DNA of 64,000 bases from Pecten maximus (taxonomy: Eukaryota), in the NCBI RefSeq assembly GCF_902652985.1, contig NC_047021.1:28334001-28398000 (forward strand). The letters run 5' to 3'. The notes under the pieces are model-generated. The model was not told the origin of the DNA, did no database searches, and saw only the letters and a program-made list of their open reading frames with translations. Below, piece by piece: positions 51,005 to 64,000 of this stretch. The position numbers were made by a program, and so were the translations under genes. Numbering within the stretch: position 1 is the stretch's first letter; every line of letters starts with the position of its first letter.

Positions 51005-53378
51005 GGTTACTTGTTGTTGGTACCTATATAAGTAAACAAAAATAAATAGACACATGAAGATTAATAAGGTTAAAGCTTATCAATAAATAATAGTACAGCT
51101 TATGATATCGTAACATATTAAGCTTTTCCATGGTAATATTAGCTGTTTATATTATAATCAAAGTACTGGAAGTACTGTAAACGAACATTATTGTTTAATG
51201 CAAAATCAGTAATCTTCTAAGTTTAAAGTCGATAAATTTACTGATATTGGTTTAGGAATTAATTGCCAATTATTTGAAATGTTTGCAGCTGTTCTGATAT
51301 GATTGGACACATGCATATTTCTGTAAGGTCCTGATTGAAATTGAAAGTTTATTGATCTATCTTGGATGGATGAAAATAAAATATGTCTTCTTTCTTTCGG
51401 GAAGCCATCATCAGTTATAATACAGCCAGGACTCTGTGACCTTATTGATGCCAACTTCTAATATGCACTAAATTTAGGCTAGTTCCATCGTTAGTTTAGC
51501 ATATTTCAACTTAATATGATGAAACACACATAAAGAACTACTGAAAACCAAAACCAGAGCTGCTAATCAAGGCCCGGATTAGGAATGTATCCTATTGAAA
51601 CTGTACTCAAGCATGTATGGTACTTCAAAACAAAAAAACTTCGACTCCTTTTGTTCAGGAATCATTTGATGTTAATAAATCTTTATATGAGAAGATATAC
51701 TTCTGGTATAATTACAGCATTGTACACAATGTGATAAAGAATAACAACCATATAAAGACTATCTTCATCAAATAATTCAGCAAACAGGAAAAGAAAACTT
51801 CAAGCTTCATTTTCAACTTCAAACTGATAAAGGTTACAGTCCATTCGATGGGATGACACATTCCCTATTTATTGTCCCTTTCCAATGTTGACCATCCAAT
51901 CATAGTGAACCACACAGTTCAGCAATGTAATTGCACAAATCACATCCTTTATGTGGAGAGAACAGTCTTTGGGGTGTTATAAGATTCCATAACTGTATGC
52001 AAATTTGTGAATAATTCCATATCTTTATCTATATATATACCGTTCGTGTATATATTTACACATATCAAAATTGGAATGACACAGGAGATTTGCAAGTTTA
52101 AGTTCACCATCAGTCATGGGAGGTTTACGTAAAATGTTATATTTACCGGGGTAATTAGTAATTTTGATTATATATTTATCAAGCTCTATTCTGTACTTTC
52201 TACCAGTGCTTATATTAGAGAATGGACACAATTATATGTTCTCCAATGTCAAAATTAATCATATGTAAAATATTAGGGGTTTATTTGACCGAGACGTATT
52301 TAAAATGTTTGTAATCATTCGCCATTCGAGGCCTGATTGCCGTCATATTTGAATTACCAAAATGGACCTGAAATCAATATTTAATCAAAGTACTGAAAGT
52401 ACTGTAGGAGGCGTTAGTCAGATGTAAAAGGAGATATTTGAAATAAAGCAAGAATACAAATTAAACTGATATCAACATGACTAAACATTTCCACTTAAGT
52501 GTGTCAAACCAACTGGACATAATGGTTTTCACAGTCCTGATGAATGTAATGGTTTAGACTGTTTCGATGTACATAATGGTTTTAACCAACTTAAAAGTTG
52601 CAAACCTACTTCTAAAAGTAGTTAAACATTTCTTATTTCAATCAAACCTTTACTTAAAAAGTCAAACATTTAAATTTTTTTTCAAATCAACTTCTACTTA
52701 GGTACATGTCATTAACATTCATACTTTAAACCATCTTTTATACTTAAGTAGTTCAAAATTTGCATTTATGTGTTTAAAACAAACTTATATTTTATAGGCC
52801 TGGGTATTAGAAATGTCGAAACAATATGATATGCATTTCGATAAGTTATAACAATACACGATATGTATTGAAAATACAGGGAGTGTCTGCTACTTTTTTT
52901 GTTGAAAGTGTGCAATGTCTTTCAATATCTTGTAAACAAAATTGTTTATTCCTTTCTATTTTGATCTTAGAATAATATCAAAATTAGATTGACAGCTTTT
53001 AAAAGTTATTACACTTTTTTTTCAACAAAGACCTCATTTTTAAGGACAATTATTTCAAAATTAGATATCAATTCCATCTATTTTAATAGATCCAATGGCA
53101 ATATTAACAATAAACTGTGATTTGTGATTTGTTGCTTTTTAATTTAGCACCAAGATGTAGATAATAGCCTAGTAGCTATAGGTACTGTATATAAATATAC
53201 AGCGTTTTACATGCAAAATATTGAAGAAAACTTTCATATTTGATATCAATTCAATTTGATTGTATAAGGCCCTTGGGGTGGGGAAAGAACCCTGGGCCTA
53301 TTTTTACATCAGGATTGTGTTCATCTCCTGTTGTCCAGCAAGATTATGGAGTTGGGATCTGAATGGTTTCACAGATAA

Positions 53379-54925
53379 AACAAGAGGCCCAGAGGGCCTG
53401 TATCGCTCACCTGGTTTTATGAGATATGAAACAAAAATGATGCTTAAGTTTATTTGTCAATATATCATAAGCATTTTATATGGGTACATGTACATTGGTT
53501 TATTGTTATTCTAAAAATGTCAATTTAGCGAAATTGACCTATTTTGGTCCCATCCTTCAGCCCCCGGGAGGTTAACCCCAACATTCGTACAATTTTGAAT
53601 ACCCACCCCATAACCATGCTACCATACGAATGTAGGTTTTATACCAAATTGTGCAATCAATCCATGAAATGAAATTGACTTTGGGTACAACCCCATAGGG
53701 ATTGCTACCACACCAATGTGAGTTATATCCATAACTTAGTTTCAGAGAAACCAATTGACCCCTTTTGACCCTGCCCCCCAGGGGTCAACCCCACCATTTT
53801 TACAATTTTGAATCCCTACCCAAAAGGATGCTACCAGTCAAGTATGAGCTATATCGATTGCTTAGTTTCAGAGAAGAAGTTATTTCCGTCAATTGAGCCA
53901 AATTGACCCCTTTTGAGCCAACAATTGAATTGCAATTTACGGATAATTTTTGATTTTGGCAAGAAAACATTCTTTAAAGGGCATGTCTGCATCATTTTTA
54001 ATAATTTGCCTTTGAAACTTCGCACACACCTTCATAAGAGCCGGTTCTTTAAAATGTGAATGAAGGTCAAGGTCAGAGAGATAAACTCAATATTTGTAGC
54101 CAGTCACACATCTTACATGTATCCAGCCTTCGTGTGTATGTGCAGCTTTGGGTCATTTTTTAATTTTGGTAGGAATTTCTTTTTAAAAGTGTCATATCTG
54201 CGTCATTTTGATTATTTGACCTTGATGCATTGCACACACCTTTAAAAGGGCTGATTCTTTAAAATGTGACCCAAATTAATACTTTGAAAGAACTTTGAAT
54301 TTTCTTGATCATTTGACCCCCATGACCTTGAATGAAGGTCAAGGTCAAATATAAGTATAACATTTGTACCCAGCCATACGTTATCGATGCGCCAAACATC
54401 AAGCCTTCATGTGTATATTATAGATAAAAGAGCAGAAACCTTTATTCTGCAATTTTGGATTATTTTTTTAATTTTGGCTGGAGAAAATAGCTTTATGATT
54501 CTTTTCCAAGTGCCATATCTTTCTGCCATATTTTTATCTGATGACAATAAAATATGCACATTCTGTTTCAGTGGACTATGTTCTTTCATATGAAATGGAA
54601 AAAAATAATCAATATAAGATTTTTATTTTTGACATTCGAACCCATAACAAGTCGTTGGCCTTGACATTCTCTGACAATATATCATTGAGAAAAGTTTGCC
54701 CTAACCACGTGCTAACCAATTTCCAATGAAAATGAAACAAATTATGCTAAAATATGTGTGATGAGTTTTCTATATAAACTATAGTAAAATGTATCCTCTC
54801 CCCAGGGAGAATGCGACACATAGGGGGCCATGAAATTAACAATTTTGATAAAACAGCTTAAGAACCTTTTGTACACCATTCTGCGATATCTTGGTCTTAA
54901 GAAGAAGACCGACGCATGACGACAG
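53379..54925 (-). mobile_element. Decayed Helentron/HINE remnants inside the large transposon
   Basis: Terminus ACAAGAGGCCCAGAGGGCCTGTATCGCTCACCTG (hairpin plus subTIR, same layout as family B), ~150-bp degenerate repeats, and TGACCTTGA-rich segments similar to family A. Confidence 0.65.
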
Positions 54926-57900
54926 ATCAAATTATAATGGTGTATATTATGAGCTGAATGTCAAAGGATTGTAAACTCTGTACAAATTGTATTATATTAT
55001 CAGGCAGTCAGCCTAAATGTATGTTTCATTTTTACCATATTAGAAGTTTGATGTTTTGTACGATATATATATATACTTAATTTTTACACATACATTAAAG
55101 GAGTTAGCTACTTTCATAAATTAAGATGTTTTTTCTAGAGTTTACTAGGCCGGATGAAATATGATCATGAGCAATCAGTATGGTAAATATGAGATTTGAT
55201 AAAATGCCTCTCGTAGTCAACCAATCATGATCACTCAACTTCTTTTTGTAGGAGTCAATATTATATGTAGGAGAATTAAACTCTCGCGATGTCTGTTGCA
55301 CATAAGTACAAAGAAATACATTATCACTGAAGCCGAAAAAATTCACACTTAAGTAGCAATAACAAATAATAGTCAAAAACCCAATATATGTGATCAGTGA
55401 TAAGAAACAGTACTTATAAGCATTTTTGGCAATTTATCCTGAAACAGCTATAGCCTTCCATATTTGACATCCCACAGATTGTTGCTTGTATATATATATA
55501 GTTTTAAAGGTCAACATTGGAAAAAAACCTAAATGGTTATACATGAATTCATAATGAATAGAATTATTGACAAAAAAGTTTCATTTATTTTCACACTTTC
55601 TGGAGACCAATAAGGAGATTGATGATCATTTTAAGGGATTTGTTCGTGACATGAAAATCAAACATTTTTAATGAAATTTCAAAAGCAAATATAGATTTAT
55701 TTTGAAAGTTATGAGGATATTGATATTTGAGAAAGTCTTATATTATATGGATTGTATATCGATTGCCAATAGATATACATGTATTTATCATTTTACATGA
55801 AAACAACAAAAAGTTATATTACATGAAAACAACAAAAAGTTGTACTAGTACGTTAAAATGCAATTGGTATACATTTTGTTAATCTACAATTACTTTGTAT
55901 TGTTTAAATATTCTATGTAATACAAACATTCCACAGCTTGGTGCATACAAATGTATATATATATATTACATGAAAACATTTGAAAAGGTTGCATTGAATC
56001 GTGAGCTGAATAATATATAAATAAGACAAGCTGGTTCAATAATAATTTAGCATTTTCATATATATTACGAGTGCGAGTAGCTACTGCAGTAAACCTTATC
56101 ACAAAAATCCAGATTATGTATATTGTCTCTGTCGGGGAAGGTACAGCACAAATGACCACCAAGACAGATATGTGCCAGTTTTCTTAGTTTTGAAAAATAA
56201 ACGATCGAATTCCATCACGCCATCACGTAGGTCTATCGATTCATAGATTTGAAACACATGGACTTCGATCAGTTATCGCAGTAATCCGAAAGGTTCTGGT
56301 GTTGATATCGCCTTAAAGCTGATTAAAGTCTGCATATAGTATATAGCAAGATCGTCAGAAAATTCGGACTATAATCGCAGTAGATATTGTGATTTTGTGG
56401 TCTGGCCAGGCTTGAACAACTTATCGTAAACAGTTTCGTCCTAAATAAACAAACGCTTATTTCAGTGGGTCAACAAACAGATTTAAACTTTGTAAGCAAC
56501 TTGCCTTTAATTCATAATGATAGATATTAATTTCTAGCGACAATCATCACACTTTGATGCTTCGTGTGAAGCCCGTGTCCACGTGCCTCCATTTTGACAG
56601 AGTGCTCGCTCACGTAAACAGACGAAACACGTGATCGCTAAATATCGGACCAAATCTCATAAAATCTCGTGAACAAACTACCAAGTTGTAAACAAAAGAA
56701 ATGTTGTTAGCCAAAACCTGGAGGGTATTATGAAAATCGGAAATTTATTTGCGCTTGGGTTGTTATGCCGTCTTTATTCCTAGTAGCTAAACAAGTGTCC
56801 TCTGTAAGGTAACGTCAGAATATCGCAGTTATCTCCCTTCAATCAGTATTTTCGATATAGATTTGCAAAAATCGATGCAGGTGTAGATATTTACAAGACA
56901 TTATTCTTATTGTTTATTCAAAATAGTTCCTGAAATGGTCACAACATTATCAGCATAGTTAATACATTTCTGTACACATCTACTTTGAATGACGGACTAC
57001 AATGACGTGCCTCATACTTGGACTAATAAGCGAATCATTACCCCTAGTTACAGAAATTACCACCAGAGGTCTCAAATTCCGGGCTTCCGCCGAAGAGAAA
57101 TTTATACTGAATATACCTTTTTTCATGTAATAGCACTTTATTTGTAGTCGTGATAGTTTTCATAAATGTATATATAGTTCAACTACATCATATATGAACC
57201 GAAAGAAACTACAAAATGAACTGTGGAAGGAAATATAACGAAAATGAAAGTGAGAGATTGTGACGTCACAACTCGTAGGTGATTGTGATATGGCAGGCGT
57301 AAACGCCTCCATAAAAAAAGAGAATGATCTGTGACTTGAATATTTCATAAAAATAATTTAATACATCGTTTATTCACTTCATTCAGATCTTCAGACACCA
57401 CATAATTTGTGAAGTCATATATAGAAATATATGAACCATTTTGTTATTGATTAATAGTTCACACAAGTAAGCACTAGATGTAAGCAGAAAGTATATGTAC
57501 CGCTATCTACTGGCATGACTTTGAGTACAGTAGACTACACTCGCTTTGTGGATATTGACAGGATAACATATATTAATTTAAATACTAATTCAATTTTAGA
57601 ATTGTAACTGAAATCTTGTAACAGCATGGCACAAATAGTCATCTGAACATTTGTTGTATATTGAAAAAATATTTAAGGTAAACATTAACTCATTTGCTTG
57701 ACTTAAATTTTCAGTTTATTAATTCATCGATTACTCTGTGTTTGAAGTATGGTGTAGTGAGAATTTCAAGTCTTGATTATGACTTGATGAAAATTCTAAA
57801 TTAACAAATTATTAAAATGAATTTGTTTGAAAAATAACACAAGTTCCACAGCAATATTATATAGAGTATCAATCACAAAATATCAGAAGTTATCAAACTA

Positions 57901-60113
57901 CAGATAACAATTAACGACTGAATATCAAATTAAGTGAATATCACAAGTATTTTTGCATTTGTTTTTAGATAATCCGGATTTCCGTCTTTAAAAAAAAATA
58001 CCTAGTAGACGTAGTGCATAGTAAACGTAGCCATGTAACAGCTGATTTTAATCAGATATAACTTAACATGAACTTAACACCGTCACAGAAGTTCTTCGCA
58101 ATCGAAAATTTGGTCGTGAATTCGGTATTTTGCAAATTATTTCAAAATACTTTCAGGTAAAAGAAAACAAAAATTCTCGTAAAAATATCGATTTTGGGTC
58201 GACTATCGGCCATTTCGGTAATTCAACTCCAACGACAATCGGGCCGCGATTCGCAAATGAATAATTAATTTAAAATTCGGTCAAATAAACCTCTAATATT
58301 TTATATATGATACAATCAGGCATTGCAGAACATATATTGTGGTCAATCCTCTGAAAATAATGCCAATTTATATTATAATTAAGCCCGATTTTTCTTCGTT
58401 TCGGTATTTCCAAGTCTGCTTCACGTGTGGTCCGTTTCAGTAAATATTCTCGTCTTTGCCGAAATAAAAACAAGCTATATAATTGTTCATTTTAAACATG
58501 ACAACAACTGCCAACCACACGTATCCAAAAATGTTATTGTTGATATCATCTGAATATTGCCGTAGTTATCTGTCACTTCGATTGTACACCCCATGCCAAA
58601 GTGAAAGAAGAATCGACCAATCAAATTGGTTTATTTTTGATTTCCGTAAATCTTGCAGTTACCTCCCTTACAACAGTAAATACGTTCCAAGTATCGCCTA
58701 CAACAAGCAATCCCGTGCACATAGCAAGATATTATCATTTGCATTTGATTTATTGGGTCATTTTCGTCAAAGGAAAATGGTATATGGAAATCGATGACAA
58801 TTTTAACGCTATGACCAGTCACCCTGACCACAAATGCCACCTAATTGTAAGCCTGTACATATGTACAGTTCTTTCTCGCAAACACGTACAGTAACTACAG
58901 TATAGTATGATACAATGTATCGTCTTGTATGCCGTCATTGATATATTTCTTTCTCTAAATTATAGAAATACACACCTAGTTGATAATGATGTAACATTCT
59001 AGAATATATATATTAGACATTTAAGTAAATCGCGGACAAATTTGCAGACCTATGCTATAATGTCAGCCGTTTTGGAAAGAACACAGAAGAGCAAAACTTT
59101 CTAACCATCCGGAGACGCCTGCGCAATAGTTGTTTACATAAATATATTGACCTGGACCGGAGTTATTCGCAAAGTTCAGGTTCATTTAGTCTTTTCATTT
59201 CGCTAGAGTTATGCATTTCTCAAATCGTATGCATCTTGAAAACACCTACTGAATACATTTCAACCTTTTCGGTAAAACTACTATATAAAACGAAGATGTT
59301 TTTGCAAGTAAATTATTTGAAGCGTAAGGCAATGGGGGCAGCCATATTTCATTGAAACAGACAGTAGATGGCGTATTGGTGAATGTGGCTACCATATATG
59401 GTTATATTTCTCAGTCCAGTTCTTGATCACAATAACCGAACATTAATGTTCGTTTAATAAACCATTAAGACTATATGCATGTATTTATTGCATTTTACTG
59501 ACAGAAATCCTATATTATCACTAGTGATGATATAAGATTTTGACTGTACTGCATGGAAGAAATCTGATAAAATCACTAGTCATAATCAAATGTAAGATTT
59601 CTTGAATTCAATGCATTAACATAAAAGATACATTCAATGTGCTTTCAGATGTCTGCAAATGCATTTTAAGTTTAACTGCAAATGCAATAAACAGAAAATT
59701 TAATAATTTCTCGTTTGATATAAAATATATATCACTTGTATTTCAGATTTTATAATTAGATAACACTTGTGCTACACACTCGTGAAAATATAATTTATAA
59801 ATAAATCTGTCATACTCATGAAATATATCTTATATTAAATAGGTAACTCTGAATATCCTCATTGATTCCTATGAGCCATATATATATCAAAATATTCAAA
59901 AGCAGATTTTACCCTGTTCTTAAATAGGCCTAATAAACAACATAACTGAAGATATATATATTTGTCATTATAACATAAAACAGGGCCAAAAACAAAACAT
60001 CAACATGACTGCTAAAAATCTTTTTTTATTTTTGGTTAAAAAAATATTTTCATCATCATGTTTTGTCATTATCAACCTCTTGATGTCACGTGACTCTACC
60101 TGCTCGAAATATA

Positions 60114-60598
60114 AAATGGCGGCATTCAAAACACCTTTCAAACTTACCTGTAATGTTACCTGGTGCAAATAGTATTTATGGATATATCGTTATTTATTTC
60201 GCTATCATCGTTATGATGCCGTCATTTCATAAGCAGTGACTGATTCTATTCGATCTATACAAATCAAGAACTAATAAATGAATCGTGAATCATACAATGA
60301 CCGATTTTTAATGCTACACCTGTGTAAATGAGTTACATAGCATTCTGCAGGGTTTCTCACCTGGGGTATTTGAACAAGTGTATATCGGTCTTATATCGCC
60401 TTATTTCCTTATAAAATCATTCCAAAATAAAGACTTACTTACCTATATACGCATTTAAGCACGAAGATTTTCTGGAAAAAGTCTAATTTGACGCGTAGCG
60501 CTGATAAAACACTAAAAACATGTGCTGTGACACGGACACACCATACGCCGCCATCTTGGATTATGATCCGCCAGGTGGCGCTGAATTGGAAAGTGGCC
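60114..60598 (-). repeat. Right TIR (485 bp)
   Basis: Reverse complement of 45851-46335. Confidence 0.95.
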
Positions 60599-60939
60599 AA
60601 TTGTTGAGTTTTTCATTTTATTTTCCTTATAAAACGCTGAAAAGTGATATTAAAACCTCATTTTTTAAATATTATTTATTTAATCGCAACCCGCAATAAG
60701 TCTCCGCTATAAAGTGGAGTCTAATTTTGATTGACACATCAAAGAAACAAGCACGTGCACAGTGCCGCACAGTGATAACTTCAAAGGCAGCGGCGATTTA
60801 CAAAGAAAATTTGCCGTTATATTCCATACATTTCCCTCTCAGGTTGAGTTTTAAAACGTCTTTTAAATACATATTCTGTAATTGTTTTCAAGAAATAAAG
60901 TCGGAAAGCCTCTAATTTTGTCACATAGAAACGTGTACT

Positions 60940-60971
60940 CAGAGACCTATATACTAGTATATAGGTCTCTG
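60940..60971. mobile_element. 32-bp perfect palindromic insertion with 7-bp TSD (copy 2)
   Basis: Identical to 29815-29846, flanked by GTGTACT at 60933-60939 and 60972-60978. Confidence 0.85.
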
Positions 60972-62639
60972 GTGTACTGAAGTTTATTTAGTGACCGGAG
61001 ATGTGCCGTTTACTGGTCCGTCTGCGGGTAAGCCTCTTTAACTTAAACAATTTCATGTTCACAAAAGAATTCATTGCACCATGTAGGGAGATATTTTAAT
61101 GATAAATGTAAATGTAATATCTATATGTTTCATTGAATTTCTCAGATTTTAAGTTGCTTCACCCTTATCAAAAGATATACTTACAGATTAATTAAGATGT
61201 TTTAAAACCATTTTTATCTATTTCATTATTAGGAACAAATCAGTTTATAAAATATAGCAGACGCGCAGATCAACAATCTAAAGCCTAGCTCGCCTAATTA
61301 CATGAATTATGACAACTTAATTACAGTGTAATTGCATTCGACGACAACAATTTGAAAATACAATAGAGGCGTCACTTCGGTAAGTTTGGTAATTTGTGAT
61401 TTGATGCGTTAAGATTTCGAAGTTCTCCTTCCAATTTAACAAGGCCCCAAAGCGATGATACTGGAATTTCTGTACATGTAATCTGGTAAAATCCAAAAGT
61501 TTTTTTGTTTGTTTTGTTTTTCAATCTGAACAAATAATCAATAAAAGGAATATCGAATATACACAAAGTTCGACCATAAAGAAATGAATGATATCTTAGC
61601 AAGCAAATTACTTACGTTTAAGTGACTTTCTTCTGTAGAGTTTGCTATGATAGAGTGACAACCAATAGACAACCAATATTATTGCTTCCAGCTTCAAGAA
61701 TGAAAAACAAAAAGATTGCGGTAGAACCGAGGTGGAATAAAATCCTCTTAAGTCAAATTCAATGGCGTCGGGATATTAGGGCATTCGAGACGGGAGTTCC
61801 AGTTGCACAAACTGTATACGTGAAATAGCATTGTCCCGCCCATCGGTTCCTATTGGTTATTTGAGGAACAGTTATAAGATATGAGAGAGAGAGAGAGCGG
61901 TACGTGAGAGGTTGTGCTCGATACACTTAAAAATCAAACTAATTCTACATGTAGTTTAAATTGTGTATCAGGACGGGACAATCCAATGGTTGGAGAACAG
62001 GAAATATCTAAACTGTTCATTAACGAATGCCGGGACCAGAAATGTTAATTTAGTGGTTTTACTGTGGCGTACACACAGGAAGCAAAGACAAAACATTTGT
62101 GAACGTTCTGTGGTTCAAGTATAAAGTTATTTCGGTCATTAGAGCAGTATAAGAAAAAGAACGAACTACTGTAAATTTACTCATTTTAGCGTATTTTCAA
62201 ATTTTAACTGGTCAGTGCAATTATTTTAATTGGCGCACCCCCATCATTTGCTATATAAACAGTCTGTATAGCTAAATGATAATTCCGAGCGATGCTTCCA
62301 GCACAAAGCCCCACTGAAATAAGACAACCGTTAACTTATTTTCATTTACAGTATGATTTAGGTTTGATCTGAAGTCGGCCTATTGCAGCATTGAAATAGT
62401 CATCGGTCATAATTAGGGTATTAATGTATTCACAAGGTGAGACCTCAGCATTCTTAGTTATCTACAGATCGTTAAAGAGACAGAGCTTACAGAAAATGGT
62501 TTCCGTCTGGAATCCGTCCTATTGTAATCGTGACTAAGTCCATCCTTTTTTGTGTGTGTGTGTGTGGATTTGTTCCAGTACTAGTGTTTCAACAAATAAC
62601 ATAGGCATCTCTTTATTATTATGTAGACTTCTTATACCG

Positions 62640-62805
62640 GCATTTTCATAACAATCATTCTAAATATATATAAACTTAGCAACACAAATGACGAAGGAAG
62701 ACAACTTTTTTACTTGTGCCCTGACCGGTCCTCGAACTCACGATCTACGGCACCCAATCGCCAAGCCAGAAATACCCGCAGCTTATACCGCTGTGCCACA
62801 TCGGC
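62640..62805 (-). mobile_element. tRNA-derived SINE
   Basis: The minus strand begins GCCGATGTGGCACAGCGGTATAAG (A box) ... GAGTTCGAGGACCGG (B box) and continues into a non-tRNA body; no clean cloverleaf. The 3' boundary is approximate. Confidence 0.6.
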
Positions 62806-64000
62806 GTTCTGAAATTATTTAGTTTTAAACAGTGGTTGTTTTCTGCAAGATATTTACGGAATGTGATTATAATGAACTGTTATTAAGTAGGCCTATTACT
62901 GGCATATATTTTGCTTACTCTACCCATCACCCCTTCCGGTCGGGAATGGGAAAAGAATGTAGCCTACCTTTTCTTGTCCAATGGAAAAGGCACGTTAGAG
63001 GCGACTAATTTGGTATCTATTTAATTTTTAAAAGTATAATATTTATAGATTGACTTAACTGTCGACTCGATGTCATTGTTGTCAAAGACGTCATAATTAC
63101 TATAAATTTGAAATCCTCCGTCTCAGCCTTCGGTAAGATAAAAAAAATTCCCCACTTGCAAAACATCGCATTAAAGAATCTTTCATCTCTTTTGGGTGAT
63201 AGGCAAGGGAATTTTGATTCGAGAGTCGGGTATTTCGTAGTTTGATAAAAAGCTTGTAGGCGTAGAGGGTTAAAAAAAAACCACCTTAACTGTCTCATCC
63301 CAAGGAGGAAGTGATTGGTTAGGAAGACTGTTGGTAAGGAAAGTGAAGTCACTCAATATTCTGAAAGTGTGATTTTTTTAGTGATGAAAACAATCAAATG
63401 TATCAATCTCCAATAATAATAATAAAAATAAAAACTAGTCGACAAATAATAAACACAAAATATTCCTCGCAAATGGGCATCCATTTCCCCAAAATTGTTT
63501 CACATAAATCATTTTAGTAGGGCACTACAATGTTTAAATCGAATTGGCATACCGGTGCTATTTATATTTTGACGAGAATGTCGAGAATATAAACTGGTGC
63601 TCAGCCCACAAGAAACTCGAGGCTTCACAGAGTTGTCGTTCCTTAAAGTGAGCTCAAGGGATGATAACTCACTAGGCCTATACAGTGCAGTAGTCTATAC
63701 CACACTTATTTTCTTCTCTCAAAATTATATTTCAGGAGATTTTTTAAATGTATATATTAATAAGATTGCTGTTTTCCTTAATGATAACATCCGAATTCTT
63801 CCCGTCCCTCGACGTTTCATTGGCTCTTTTATTAGTCAGTCGGATTTTAGTACAACCGTCACCGAGAATATGGCGGAAGCTATGATCGGCAAGATGAACA
63901 TCAACACGGAAATAACCAAGCAACATATAGGCCTACGACATATTTTGAAGAATGCAGAAAAACATGAATTAGCATTTCAGGAAATATTTAATTGTAGTGC

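Larger units (their letters stand above)
45851..60598. mobile_element. ISL2EU-type (PIF/Harbinger-related) DNA transposon, 14,748 bp, 485-bp TIRs
   Basis: TIRs 45851-46335 and 60114-60598 are reverse complements with no mismatch seen by eye, flanked by AATT on both sides. Encodes a THAP-DDE transposase and a YqaJ exonuclease, the gene pair characteristic of ISL2EU. Confidence 0.92.

Noticed and set aside
49286-51055. YqaJ gene as evidence of phage or bacterial contamination
   Set aside because: It is fused to eukaryotic PHD and SWIM fingers, has a splice acceptor, and lies within TIRs alongside a THAP transposase.
51200-52240. Possible third cargo gene in the large transposon (short minus-strand ORFs)
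   Set aside because: Frames are short and stop-ridden and I recognise no domain; a BLASTx would be needed.
55890-56162. THAP-like start (VICAVP...W...IR)
   Set aside because: Lacks the second Cys and the CxxH; too weak to call.
58601-58894. Exon-like ORF ending near a GTAAG
   Set aside because: No recognisable homology or partner exons.
62715-62805. tRNA gene
   Set aside because: A and B boxes are present but there is no proper acceptor stem or cloverleaf; called a SINE instead.

Overview
AT-rich, intron-containing animal DNA; the repeat families and gene content suggest a bivalve mollusc (inference). Three host genes can be spliced by hand: a CYYR1/Shisa-like single-pass membrane protein (+, 520-3209), a sigma-class glutathione S-transferase (+, 21098-27599) and an N-domain-only TIMP (-, 36049-33356) whose first coding intron has a GC donor. 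The rest is mostly mobile DNA: Helentron/HINE elements with internal tandem arrays, a decayed RecQ-like helicase gene, a near-complete CR1/L2-type LINE with a 2A-like motif, Kolobok-type remnants, MITEs and a SINE. The standout is a 14.75-kb ISL2EU-type (PIF/Harbinger-related) DNA transposon at 45851-60598. Its two 485-bp TIRs look identical, and each carries a CTCF-like motif, a YY1-like motif and a splice donor. It encodes two intact convergent genes, a THAP-HTH-DDE transposase and a PHD-SWIM-YqaJ (lambda-exonuclease family) protein, plus about 9 kb of non-coding cargo. Also notable are ultra-short palindromic insertions with target-site duplications: a 32-bp one found twice with different 7-bp TSDs, and an 80-bp one with a 9-bp TSD. 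A 500-N assembly gap lies at 15848-16347. All calls come from reading by eye; no searches were run.
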